DNA of 63,484 nt, filler included, from Octopus bimaculoides (Eukaryota): NCBI RefSeq assembly GCF_001194135.2. It is 6 parts of 5 records of this genome, joined end to end, with 100 filler letters (N's around TTAATTAATTAA, not from the genome) between each part and the next. Parts side by side here need not be neighbours in the genome. Positions count along the whole stretch, not along the records: positions 1 to 11,760 come from NC_069004.1; positions 11,861 to 21,720 come from NC_068982.1; 4 more parts are not named here. The stretch is one strand, 5' to 3'. Both the position numbers and the translations under genes were made by a program. Shown in pieces: positions 1-12,430 of this stretch (positions are counted from its first letter, which is position 1; each line of letters begins with the position of its first letter). The notes under the pieces were generated by a model. It saw nothing but the letters and a program-made list of their open reading frames with translations, was not told the DNA's origin and ran no database searches.

Positions 1-180
1 AAAGCACCCACTACACTCTCTGAGTGGTTGGCGTTAGGAAGGGCATCCAGCTGTAGAAACTCTGCCAAATCAGACTGGAGCCTGGTGTTGCCATCCGGTT
101 TCACCACTCCTCAGTCAAATCGTCCAACCCATGCTAGCATGGAAAGCGGACGTTAAACGATGATGATGATGATGATGATG
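1..180 (+). mobile_element. 3' part of a SINE ending in a (GAT)n tail
   Basis: Near-identical to the reverse complement of 62135-62320; ends ...ggacgttaaac(gat)n. Confidence 0.75.
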
Positions 181-451
181 TATGTACATACCTTCATCTA
201 CATGTACATATAGATACATAACTGGGTACATGACGTGGCAAAAGAATAAACAAGGTACAACAAACAAGCAAGCCACATAGAAACATCTCCTTCATCAGCT
301 GCCACCATTAAAACACCGGCGTTTCGAAGAATTAAGGCAGTATGCATCGTTGAAATGTTTCTTCCCACGAACACAAATTGAATTATTTTCGTGGAGGGTA
401 ATGGCAGACGGAAAACAAGACAGGAAAACGAAACGGTATACATATATATAC

Positions 452-482
<31 letters not shown>

Positions 483-499
483 CATATATGCGTGTGTGT

Positions 500-690
500 C
501 TGTGTTTGTCCCCCCCCCCAACATCACTTAAAAACTGATGGTGGTGTGTTCACATCTCCGTATCTTAGTGGTTTGGCAAAAGAGACAGACAGAATAAGTA
601 CAAAGAATAAGTCCTGGGGTTGATTTGTTTGACTAAAGGCGGTGCTCCAGCATGGCCGCAGGCAATTGACTGAAACAAAAGAATAAAAAA
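500..690 (+). mobile_element. Dispersed SINE-type repeat (family 'gtttgtcccc...gcatggccgcagtcaaatgactgaaac')
   Basis: Same family recurs at about 3675-3890(+), 11510-11730(-), 16070-16265(+), 24428-24645(+), 25020-25215(-), 26615-26815(-), 31630-31820(+) and 41655-41775(+, partial). Confidence 0.8.
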
Positions 691-984
691 AAGAAAAGAA
701 AAATACCCTGCAGGTTGTGTAGATTACAATTAAATGGAATTTAATGTGAAAAAGTTTCCAGCTAATCCACACAAGCTGACTTTGTTTCCTCATAACTTTC
801 AGAAAAATGAGTATTTTTTAATGAAATTTTCTAGAAATACCTAACAAGTGGTGTAGATTAGATGAATCAGAGTTTAATGTGAAAAAGAAAATGGTAAACA
901 CACAGACACACATGCTGACATACATCATTCATACAGGGTAGGCCAAAAGTTACACACAAAATAAGTTCAATATGCTCCAGAATT

Positions 985-1428
985 AAGTAGTTGTATACTG
1001 TCAACTTAATGTGTCAGTCCCATGAAGGGAATAATACTACTGTTGGTTAGACCTAGGAAGCTGCACCGCTTCCTGTCGGCCTTGACACATTTCCTGTGTC
1101 CTTATGTTTACAAAGGGGAGACAAGCACCCCCACTAAGCTAAGCCTGCATCCAGAGACATGTTTCTGAGTCTTTGCTCGTCATCTCAGAAACATGTCTCT
1201 GGATGCAGGCTTAGCTGGTTGGATGGGGCCTGTCTCCTCCTTGTAAACATAAGGACACAGGAAATGTGTCAAGGCCGACAGGAAGCGGTGTAGCCTCCTA
1301 GGTCTAACCAACAGTAGTATTATTCCCTTCAGGGGACTGTCACATTAAGTTGACAGCATACAACTACTTCATCGTATCACTACTGCATTAATCTCTCTGA
1401 GAGATTTAGAAATGTATTATTTCTAAAA
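985..1428. mobile_element. Fold-back element: ~185-bp inverted arms plus ~59-bp tail, flanked by a 13-bp direct repeat
   Basis: 985-1169 is the reverse complement of 1184-1369 with few mismatches, loop 1170-1183. ATGCTCCAGAATT occurs at 972-984 and 1429-1441. Confidence 0.75.
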
Positions 1429-1764
1429 ATGCTCCAGAATTGTCAGACATGCTTCAATTTTTTTTTTTTTTTTTTTTTAATGGAATAAAACAAATAGAAT
1501 AATGATGAATACACACATACTTGTGCATGATGAACAAAAATAATAATAATAATCCTTTCTGCTTTAAGCACAAGGCCTGAAATTTTGGGGGGAAGGTGCT
1601 AGTTGATTACATCAAGTGCTCAACTTATTGAATCTGAAACGATGGAAGGCAAAGTTAACCTCAGCATAATTTGAACTTAGAATGTAGAGACAGACAAAAT
1701 GCTGCTAAATATTTTGTCTGGCATGCCACCAATTCTGCCAACTTGCAGCCTTTTTAAAAAGTTG

Positions 1765-1845
1765 CCAGCAAGCCACTGCAGAGAATTGAACCCTGTAGTT
1801 CTCAAATTCTGGTTGAGTGCTCTGTACCATTAAGCTAAGAAACCC
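1765..1845 (-). pseudogene. Degenerate tRNA-like sequence (tRNA pseudogene or SINE head)
   Basis: Minus strand reads ...tagcttaatggtacagagca...gggttcaattctctg..., i.e. A-box-like and B-box-like motifs at tRNA spacing. Confidence 0.4.
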
Positions 1846-3938
1846 CTCACATTAATGATAATAATAACATAAGATAAATAAAATGTCAAATGTTTTGGTG
1901 TGAGACTTTTGGCCCATCCCATATATCTACAAAATGAAAATTGAAATTTTGAAAAAATTGTGATGTGTCAGTATGTGTATGCCCATCAATTTCTATTTTT
2001 TTTTCACATCAAATTCCAATATAATTCTCATCTCCACAATCAGAAGAGTGTTCATAGACAATTTCATGAAAAATACCTATTTTTCTGAAAGCAACAATGT
2101 GAATTATTTGAAATCCCTTTGACCCCAACAACTGGAAACATTTGTCACAATAATTTCCTATATGATCATACTCTACACCAGCTGAAAGATATTTGTAGAA
2201 AATTTCACCAAAAAATATTAATTTTTCTGAAAATTATGAGGAAACAAAGTTTCATATTTAGTCAATTACTGAACTAGTACAACTCCAAAATAAATAATAA
2301 TTAATTATTTCTTTATTCAATAAATGAATCACAGTTATTATTTTGAAATATGAATAGTCTGATGCACTTTTGGTCAAGTTTTTGCTTGGGCATTTTAAGG
2401 AGTTAAGGATAAAAAATACCTCATTTCATATTAGATGTAATGACATCAAAGACGCTGTTCGATTGTGATATAAAACAAACATTTTATTTAATGTTAACAA
2501 GTGAAAAAATCCCAATTCTTATAAGTACTCATCTATGTATCATACTGAATGTATTATACACTGTTGGTAGGCCATTGCACTATTTATTCTGGAGATAAAA
2601 TCTCTTACAGAGATACCAGTTGAAAACAGAATAAATATTGAAGGGAGAAAAATATATGTTCCAGTAGAGGTCAGCAAGAATGCCAGATGCCTTTCAGTCT
2701 TTTGAGGCCATTTCAGTGGCACTTTTAGACAGCAGATCATAGATATAGGAAAAAGTGAATAAAATATTCCCTGAAGATGCAAATAGCTGCCTAACTGAAT
2801 AAAAATCCAGCATATGCAATTGAGGCAGTATTTAATTAGAACAGTCATCTATGTATCATACTTGATGTACATACACTGTTGAGAGGTCAGTTACTGGGGT
2901 ATTTGTCCTGAAATAACATTTCTTATGGACTTGATATTGGAAGAAAACAAAAATTCATCTTAGCAACAACTACAGGAGTAACAAATTTTCATCAAAGCAC
3001 ATGGTTAAATGTGCTTTCGAATGGCCCAAAAAGTGTGCTTACTGGTCACTGCTGGGACAAATTTTCATCTTCCAATATTTATTGTTAGCATATCAGACAA
3101 AATACTTAGCAACATTTCACATTTTCACATTCTGAGTTCAAATTCTGCAGAGGTCGACTTCATCTTTTGTTCTTTCGGGATTGATAAAATAAGTCCCAGT
3201 TGAGCATTGGGTTTGATGTAATCAATTTACTTCTTCCTTCAAACTTGCTGGCCTTGTGCCAAAATTTGAAATCAATATTTATTGTCTTTTTAATACAGCA
3301 CATCTATAAGAGATATGTTATCTCAGGGTAAATACTGTATATCAACAGTGTATGTACATTGACTATGATAGACAAATGACTTTTAATTTTAATACTGCCT
3401 CAATTTTGCATATGCTAAATTCCCATAGGTATGATGTAGAAAACTAAAATGGATAAAGCTTTTTTGTGTACTAAAGTATATTCCTCTGTCATAACATTAT
3501 TTTAAGACCATATGTAGAATTTTAGTTGTTAGTTTTTGCATATTTTTAAAAAATATCATTTTATCATTTTCCTGGTGCACAGAGCCATATCACATAGGGA
3601 AACAGTGTGCCAAGCTGTATATAGCTATTGTGGGAAACAAGAAACAAGTATGTTGTGTGTGTCTTTGTGCTGTGTTTGTCCCCACCACCACCACCACTAC
3701 CATACCATCACCACGTGACAACTGGTGTCGGTGTGTTTACATCCCCATAACTTAGCTGTTCAGTAAAAAAGACCAATAGGATAACTACCATGCTTTAAAT
3801 AAAATAAGCTCTGGCGTCAACTCAGTCAACTAAAAATTCTTTAAAGGAGTACCCCAGCATGGCCACTACCAAATGACTGAAACAAGTAAAAGATATATAT
3901 ACACATAGGTGACACATATACTCCTATTCTACCCTCCA

Positions 3939-3974
<36 letters not shown>

Positions 3975-4289
3975 CCATGTGTGTTTTATTTTTGACTTAA
4001 GCTCTATGGCTGGATGCTTTTCCTATCACCAACCCTTTTACAAAGTGTACCAAATGCATTTTGCCATGGACCAGCACTAGTGAGGTTGCCCTGTATCTCA
4101 TAACTCTAGTGAGTCCTCACTTCTTCTATGATGTGTTTGTTCACTCAAAGCAACATGTCTGAGAAAGTGACAAGACGAGAGAGAGATGACAGCATGGCTT
4201 CAATATTTACGAGAGTGTGGACTCTGTTAAATATGCCCAAGTGTCACTCTTCTGTGTAATAAGTTTGATGCTGCCTGATAATAATGTTG

Positions 4290-4490
4290 GTTTCAAATTT
4301 TGACACAAGGTTAGCACGTTCGGTGGAAAGGGTAAGTTGATTACATCAACCTCCATTATACAACTGGTACTTATTTTATCAACCCTGAAAATCAACCTCG
4401 GTGGAATTTGAACTCAGAACATAAAGACGGACGAAATGCCACGAAGCGTTTTGCCTGGAGTACTAACGATTCTGCCAGCTCGCCACCTCA
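4290..4490 (+). mobile_element. tRNA-derived SINE family ('ggcgagctggcagaa...gttcaaattccgccgaggtcgactttgcctttcatcc'); here the head is on the minus strand
   Basis: Many copies: about 1565-1760, 3120-3275, 16781-16985, 25280-25480, 29650-30040, 31865-32080, 32620-33030, 35960-36060, 39810-40010, 50238-50525. Shared A/B-box-like head and conserved core. Confidence 0.8.
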
Positions 4491-4914
4491 TACGGTAGGA
4501 ATATTATAAATATTGGATATGGAAGATCAGCCAAGGTTAGAGAGAAGTGAGCCAAGTGTTTCATTTTGAACATCTGATTTTAATTTCCCTGTGAAATCAG
4601 AATGATGGGGCAGGAGAGGGAGATGAGAAAGTAGCTGTGCATTTAAACACATCGACCAATGAAACCAGGAGAGACGAGTGTGAAGATATGGACACGTGAC
4701 ATGAATGGATAACACCAGCAGTGTATGCTGACAGTTGTAGTTAGTTGCAACGGAGGAAAAATATGGGAAAATATGGGAAAATTGGATTGGGTCTGAGTGG
4801 ATCTGTGGATTTCGGGACCAGCAGATGAGACGACACACAAATTTCAGAGCAGAAGGAAATATGCTATACTATAAGACGTACCCAGTCTGTACCAGAATGG
4901 AGAAACAGATGTTA

Positions 4915-5775
4915 AAGTGATGATGATAATAACAACAACGGTGGTGGTGGCTGCAGCGGTGGTGGTGCTAGTGATGGAGTTGGTGGTGGCATTGGCGACA
5001 AGGATGTTGCGATGATGATATTTTTTGTTGTTGATGTTGCTGATACTGTTTAGCTCTAGTTTAGTCCTGTTTGAACAAATCCACATTCAGTCAGGTGTTG
5101 ATTTTGAAGAAAATTTGACCATGCAGAGGCTTCCAGCAGTTGTAGTGCTGTGTAATGGATGTGGTGATGATACACTCATGATGATGATGATCATCATCAT
5201 CATCATCAATATCGTGATCATAATGGTGGTGGTGATGGTAGCGATGGTGGTGATGATAATCAAAATGATGAGGAGGAGGAGGAGGGGGAAGAAAAGGATA
5301 AGGATGAGGATTATGGTGATGTTGGTTGTGGTGTGGTGTTGTAGGTGGCGGTGATAATGGTGGTAAATGGTGATGATGATGACAACAATAATGATGGTGA
5401 TGATGATGATGATGATGAAAATGATGATGATCATCATTGTATTATTGTTGCTTTTGATGATTATGGTGGTGGTGGTGGTGGTAGCGATGGTGGCAACAAT
5501 GATGATAATGTGGAGGAGGAAGGAGAGGAGGAGAAGGAAGGGAGGAGGGGTGTAGGAAGAAGAAGAGGAAGAGCAGGACAATGACAATGATGATGATGAT
5601 GATGACACCACCGATGACGTTGACAATGATGATTATGAGGAGGAGGAGGATTATGGTAATGAGGAGGAGGAGAAGGAGGAGGACAATGATGATGATGAGG
5701 AGGAGGAGGAGGATAATGACGACGATGATGATGACGACGATGACAAGGTTACAAAAATGATGATGATGATGATGT
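4915..5775. repeat. Compound trinucleotide microsatellite (GAT/GGT/GAG)n
   Basis: Visible low-complexity triplet runs; overlapping ORFs are homopolymeric. Confidence 0.9.
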
Positions 5776-6239
5776 CGGTACTCTGGGGAGGGTAAAAACA
5801 AACTTATATGTTAAAATAAATGCAGAATGATTTTTATTTTCTTGTTTGTTCGTTTATTCTTAACGAGCCCCAAATCATAAATAGCATTATGGGAGTGTGT
5901 TTAAAGACGGTTGGTGGTTGTGGTGGCAGCAAAAAAATACAGGGGAAATTTAAAGAAAAAAACAACCCAAACCGACTAATTATTTCCAGACTATAACGAC
6001 ATTTTATTATTATATTTTGATTATTGTTTTGTTAAATTTTTTTTTAACATAATTTTTTTAATTAATTATTTTTTTCCTTTGCTTTTCAATTTTTTTTTTT
6101 TTGGTTTAGAAGAAATAAAAACAACTAAAAATTAACTAAAGAACAACATCAAATAAATGGTCTTCCAAAGCCGACAATGTTGACAAGGAATATTGAAAGA
6201 GCGGAGAGAAATTATTGTTTAATTCTACAATTTTTTTCC

Positions 6240-6599
6240 CTCTGTGTGTGTGTGTGTGTGTGTGCATGCGCGTGCGTGTGTGCATGTGTGTGTGTGTGTG
6301 CATGCATACACATGAGTGTATGTGTATGCATATTTCTCAGTGTGCATGTGGGTGAGTGTGTGTGGCCTGTGTTTTTCTGTGTGTGCATGTGTTTCTGCAC
6401 ATCTGTGTGCCTATGAGTATGTTTTTTTTGTGTACACGTATGTGTATGTGTATGAGGTGTGTGTCTATGTTACTCTGTGTATGAGTGTGTTTCATTGTGT
6501 CTGTCTGTATGTGTGTGTGTGTGTGTGCTTGTGCAGATGCATGCGTATTTTGCTAAGCATGTATGTATATGTATGCATGTGTGAGTGTGTGTGTGTGTG

Positions 6600-6636
<37 letters not shown>

Positions 6637-7066
6637 NNNNNNNNNNNNNNNNNNNNNNNNNNNNNNNNNNNNNNNNNNNNNNNNNNNNNNNNNNNNNNNN
6701 NNNNNNNNNNNNNNNNNNNNNNNNNNNNNNNNNNNNNNNNNNNNNNNNNNNNNNNNNNNNNNNNNNNNNNNNNNNNNNNNNNNNNNNNNNNNNNNNNNNN
6801 NNNNNNNNNNNNNNNNNNNNNNNNNNNNNNNNNNNNNNNNNNNNNNNNNNNNNNNNNNNNNNNNNNNNNNNNNNNNNNNNNNNNNNNNNNNNNNNNNNNN
6901 NNNNNNNNNNNNNNNNNNNNNNNNNNNNNNNNNNNNNNNNNNNNNNNNNNNNNNNNNNNNNNNNNNNNNACATATATATATGCTTATATATATATATATA
7001 TACACATACATATAGATACACACATAATTATATAATCTAATATATACACCTGCTTATATGTATATA

Positions 7067-7111
<45 letters not shown>

Positions 7112-8177
7112 TGCGTGTGTGTGTGTGTGTGTGTTTTATGTATATGTGTAAACATATGTTTCAAGTGTATGCTCTGTGTATCAATGTGTATTTGTGTGCA
7201 TGTTTTTGTATATGTGAATGCATATGCTCGATGTATATAGTGCGTGTTTGTATGTTTTGTGTATATACATGCGTGTATGTGTTTGTGTGTGCATATAAAT
7301 GTGTATGAGTGCATGTGTGTGTATGTATGTATGCACATAAATGCATGTGTGGGTGTGATTCTCCATGTAGTGTGTTCTGTCTGCATAGGTGTTTCTCAGG
7401 GTATGTAAGAGTGTGTGTATGTGTGTATGAGTGTGTGTTTCTGTGTATGTGTGTGTATATAAGTGTGTTTATTGTGCATATGTATATGAATATATGTCAG
7501 GTGTGTGCTTGCCTGTTGGAGCGCGTGCACGTCTGTGTATGTATATATATATGTATATATGTATGTGTATATGTATGTGTGTGTGTGTGTGTTTGCATGC
7601 AAAAGATGAGTTTGTGTGTATCTGTGTGTATGGTATGTGATGTGTATGGTCTCTGCACATGTATGCATATATGGGTGTGGGTGTGTGTGATATATGTATG
7701 CATATGAGGGATGAATTGTTTCTACATCTGCGTGCTTATGTGTGCTTGTGTGTGCATGTGTATGTATGTATGTGTGCTTGTGTGCATTAGTGTGTCTGTT
7801 TTCTCTGCATGTATTACTGCATGTGTGCGTGTGTGTGTGTGTGTATGCAAATGTGAGGTGTATATATATATATATNNNNNNNNNNNNNNNNNNNNNNNNN
7901 NNNNNNNNNNNNNNNNNNNNNNNNNNNNNNNNNNNNNNNNNNNNNNNNNNNNNNNNNNNNNNNNNNNNNNNNNNNNNNNNNNNNNNNNNNNNNNNNNNNN
8001 NNNNNNNNNNNNNNNNNNNNNNNNNNNNNNNNNNNNNNNNNNNNNNNNNNNNNNNNNNNNNNNNNNNNNNNNNNNNNNNNNNNNNNNNNNNGACCTCTAA
8101 ATATATTTGCTTGTATGTGTGTGTGTGAGTCGATATGTCCATATGTGTGAGTGTATACATATATATGTGTGTATATA

Positions 8178-8225
<48 letters not shown>

Positions 8226-8341
8226 GATATAGATATAGATATGAGGTGTGTGACTGTGGTTGTGTATTCTTCATGTGTATCTCTGTATGTGTGTGTACAT
8301 GATGTATGAAGGTGCATAAGGTGTGTGTGTGTGTGTGTGTG

Positions 8342-8391
<50 letters not shown>

Positions 8392-8850
8392 CACATATAT
8401 ATATATATATATAGTGAGATATGTGGTTACATGTATGTGTATATCTGCTTATGTGTGTGTATGTATCTGCTTGTGTGTGTGTCTGTGTACATATTTGTGT
8501 AATCTGCTTGTTTTTGAGTGTGTGTGTGTGTATATCTGCCTGTATTTGTGTATGTGTGTATATGTGTATGTGTATAACAGCTTGTATTTGTGTGTGTTTA
8601 TGTGTGTGTTTGTGTGAGTGTGAGTGTGTGTGTGTATCAGTTTGTATTTGCGCATATATGTGCGTCTGTATGTATACCTGTGTGTGTTTGTATATACGTG
8701 TCTGCATGTGTGAGATGTGTGCTCTCAGTCTATACATGTATGTGCCTGAACACTTGTGTGAGTCTGTGTATGTGTGTGAGTGTACGTGTCTGCATGTGTG
8801 TATTCGTGTATGTACGTATGTGCTTGTGCATGTGTGTGTGGTTATTTTTT
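6240..8850. repeat. Compound (TG)n/(TA)n/(TATG)n microsatellite field with N gaps
   Basis: Directly visible. Confidence 0.9.
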
Positions 8851-8899
8851 TTTTTTGTAGAATATTTTCTTTTTATAATTTATTGATCGAAGTATTTCC

Positions 8900-9330
8900 A
8901 ATGGAATGGCATCTTCATCTTTATCGGTGTTGTCAATGCCATCACACTGTCGCCACCACTACCTCCACACTTGCGTTGCCAGTGACACCACTGCAGGCAA
9001 CAACACCACAATTACTATCACAGCCAGCATCACTGACGCCAGCATCATCATCACCATCGCTATCAGCATCATCATCATCGCCATCACTATCAGCATCATC
9101 ATCATCATCATCATCATCATCGTTGTCATCGACATGAACATCATCTTCCACAGCATCCTTGTTTTAAATGCTGTCAATGTTGGCGTCATTGTCCTCATGA
9201 TCATCATCACCATCATCATCATCACCATCATCATCACTATCGTTGTTATTATCAATACCACATCTCTGCTGCCACCACCACCACCACCACTACCACCACT
9301 ACAGCCACCATCATCATCATCGTCGTCGTC

Positions 9331-9362
<32 letters not shown>

Positions 9363-11110
9363 CATCATCACCATCACCACCACCACCACCACCACCACCA
9401 CCATCACTATCATCATTATCATCATTGTCACGTCTCTGCTGCAACACCACCACTGCCACCACCACAGCCACCACCACCACTACAACCACCACCACCACTA
9501 CCACCACCATCATCATCCTCATCGTTGCCATCATCATCATCGTCATCATCATCAGCTTCATCATCATCATTATCATCACCATTATCATCATCATCATCGT
9601 TTTCATCACCACCACCACCACCACCATCATCATCATTACCATCACTACAACTGTGCCCCCCCACTTCCCTCCCTACAACCTTTATACCACAAATTGAACC
9701 GTCGCTGCTGCTACTACTACCACCGCCACCACTATTAACTACCATTTTATACTACGATCACTACTATTATTATCCTTCCTCACCACCACTATACCGCTGC
9801 CCATGTTACTATTTCTCCACACACCTTGACCATTAACCCCACCATGCTAATGTTCACACTTCTCCGCACCACTGCTGATACTAGCTCCTTGTCTACACCA
9901 CCTTTACCACCATCATTGTTACCATCACTCTTTATCACCACAACCACCACCACCACCACCACCACCACCACCACCACTACCATTGCCTACACTGACACAA
10001 CCACTGCACACCACAATCACCAGCACAACCATCATTGCCCCCACCATCACCACTGCCACCACAACTACTACCACCACCACCATAGCTACCAACTACAATT
10101 ACCACCACCACCACCACAACCATCACCACCACTACAACCATCACCACCACCACAACCATCACCACCAATACCACCACTACCAACAACAACACCACCACAA
10201 AACCACCACTACCACCACCACCACCACTACCACTACGACCACTACTACAACAACCATCACCACCACAACCATCACCACTACAACCATCACTACCTTCAGC
10301 ATCATTATCACCACCATCACTACCACCACCACCACTACCCCCACTGCTACAATGTATCTTTTATCTTTTGCCTTTCCACCCCCACTCCCTTACCATTACC
10401 ACCCCCCACCATAACCATCAGCCCACCACGGCCACTACCTCACCACTCCATCACCACATTAATGACACCATTGTCACTACATCTCTGCATTAGCAACACT
10501 GTCATTATCTCTTCGCACCATGACCTCCACCACAACGACCACTACTACCACCATAACTACCACAAGTACCACAACCACAACCACCACCACCACCACAACC
10601 ATCACCGCAATCATCATCACAACCACAACCATCACCACTACTACTATCACTACCACTACCACTACAACCACCACCACCACCACTACCACCACCATTGTTA
10701 GAACCTCCCACCACCATCACCATGACCACCATAATCACGGCTACCACAACCATCACCATCACATCAACCACCACCACAACCACCATCACCACAACATCCA
10801 CCACAACCACAACCACAACCACCACCACCACACCCACCACCACCACCACCANNNNNNNNNNNNNNNNNNNNNNNNNNNNNNNNNNNNNNNNNNNNNNNNN
10901 NNNNNNNNNNNNNNNNNNNNNNNNNNNNNNNNNNNNNNNNNNNNNNNNNNNNNNNNNNNNNNNNNNNNNNNNNNNNNNNNNNNNNNNNNNNNNNNNNNNN
11001 NNNNNNNNNNNNNNNNNNNNNNNNNNNNNNNNNNNNNNNNNNNNNNNNNNNNNNNNNNNNNNNNNNNCCACAACCACCACAACCACCACCACCACAACCA
11101 CAGCCATTGC
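8900..11110. repeat. Compound (CAT/CAC/CAA)n trinucleotide microsatellite field
   Basis: Directly visible; ORFs are poly-H/T/I/P/S. Confidence 0.9.
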
Positions 11111-11722
11111 CAACGCTCCCTCTAATGTCACCACCCCTGCCACCAGCCAATGTGGAAGGGTTCCATACTTGATAGCTTGATTTGTAAGAAGTAGCAACTA
11201 AATCCGTCTTTAATCTCCCTTTCCACAAACAGCCTCCTCCCTTCCAATTGGAATGCCTTTGATCATCGGACTGCTCAATTAGAGATGACCTGGGGCTAAG
11301 CAACAACAACAACAACAACAACAACAATCACCACCTCAGCAAATAACCTCTTACTATCACTCTTACTGCTGCAACCACTTCCTTACATTCACCCATAATC
11401 AGAATGGCCACCACCACCACCACCATCACCACCACCACAATCACCATTACCATCACCCTAACCATTACTATTACTAATACTAACTACTACCATTTATATT
11501 TTTTCTTTTATCTTTTCACTTGTTTCAGTCATTTAACTGCGGCCATGCTGGGGCACTGCCTTGAAGAATTTTTAGTCAAACAAACCGACCCCAGGACTTA
11601 CTTTTTTTTTTTTAAGCGAAGTATTTATTCTATTGGTATCTTTTGCTGAACTGCTAAGTCGCAGGGACGTAAATGCACCAACACCAACTATCAAGCAGTG
11701 GTGAAGGACAAATACAAACACA

Positions 11723-11760
<38 letters not shown>

Positions 11761-11860
11761 NNNNNNNNNNNNNNNNNNNNNNNNNNNNNNNNNNNNNNNN
11801 NNNNTTAATTAATTAANNNNNNNNNNNNNNNNNNNNNNNNNNNNNNNNNNNNNNNNNNNN
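11761..11860. other. Artificial scaffold-join linker (44 N + TTAATTAATTAA + 44 N)
   Basis: Identical 100-bp structure at 21721-21820, 51992-52091, 58535-58634 and 62344-62443. The 12-mer has stop codons in all six frames. Confidence 0.92.
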
Positions 11861-12084
11861 ACCATAACCCTAATCCTACCCTAACCCTAACATTAACCCT
11901 AACCCCACCCCTAATATTAACCCTAACCCTAACCCTAGCCTTGGCCTTAACCCTAACCCTAAGCCTACACCTAGCCCGAACCCTAACCCTAACCGTAACA
12001 TTAACCCTAACGTTAACCCTAACCCTAGCTCTAACCCTAGCCCTAACCCAATCCCTAACCCTAGCCCTAACCCTAACCCTAACC
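11861..12084. repeat. Telomere-type (CCCTAA)n tract with variant units (CCCTAG, CCTTAA, CATTAA, CCGTAA)
   Basis: About 220 bp of 6-bp-period repeats starting right after the linker. Confidence 0.85.
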
Positions 12085-12430
12085 ATAGGGCTCCCCAGGT
12101 GTGCCACCCAGGAAGTGCCAACCAAGAAGTGCCACCCTCGTAACTGTGCCATAGGGTTCCCCAGATGTGCCACCCAGGAAGTGCCATTCTCGAAACCGTG
12201 CCATAGGGCTCCCCAGATGTGCCACCCTCGTATGGGGAGCCCTATGGCACACTTAGAAGTGTGGCACATTCCGGGCGGCACATATGGGGAGCACTATGGC
12301 ACACTTACGAGGGTGGCACATCCTTGGCGACACATATAAGGAGCTCTATGGCACATTTACGAGGGTGGCACATATGGGGAGCCCTATGGCAGACGTAGGA
12401 GGGTGGAACACCCTTCGCGGCACATGGGGA
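12085..12430. repeat. 37-bp GC-rich satellite (CCATAGGGCTCCCCAGATGTGCCACCCTCTAACTGTG); forward 12085-12230, inverted 12231-12430
   Basis: Units are readable directly, then switch to the reverse complement (ggggagccctatggcacac) at about 12231. Confidence 0.8.

Larger units (their letters stand above)
934..1921. mobile_element. Tc1/mariner-type non-autonomous element (MITE) with nested insertions
   Basis: Terminal inverted repeats ta|cagggtaggccaaaagttacacac (934) and gtgagacttttggcccatccca|ta (to 1921), with TA on both flanks. Mismatches fit CpG decay of CGGGGTGGGCCAAAAGT. Confidence 0.6.

Noticed and set aside
4844-11327. Many long ORFs (poly-H, T, I, D, M, V; CVCVCV; YIYIYI)
   Set aside because: Translations of di- and trinucleotide microsatellites and N runs. 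The same applies at 25.8-30.6, 48-49.6, 54.3-55.1 and 57.4-58.6 kb.
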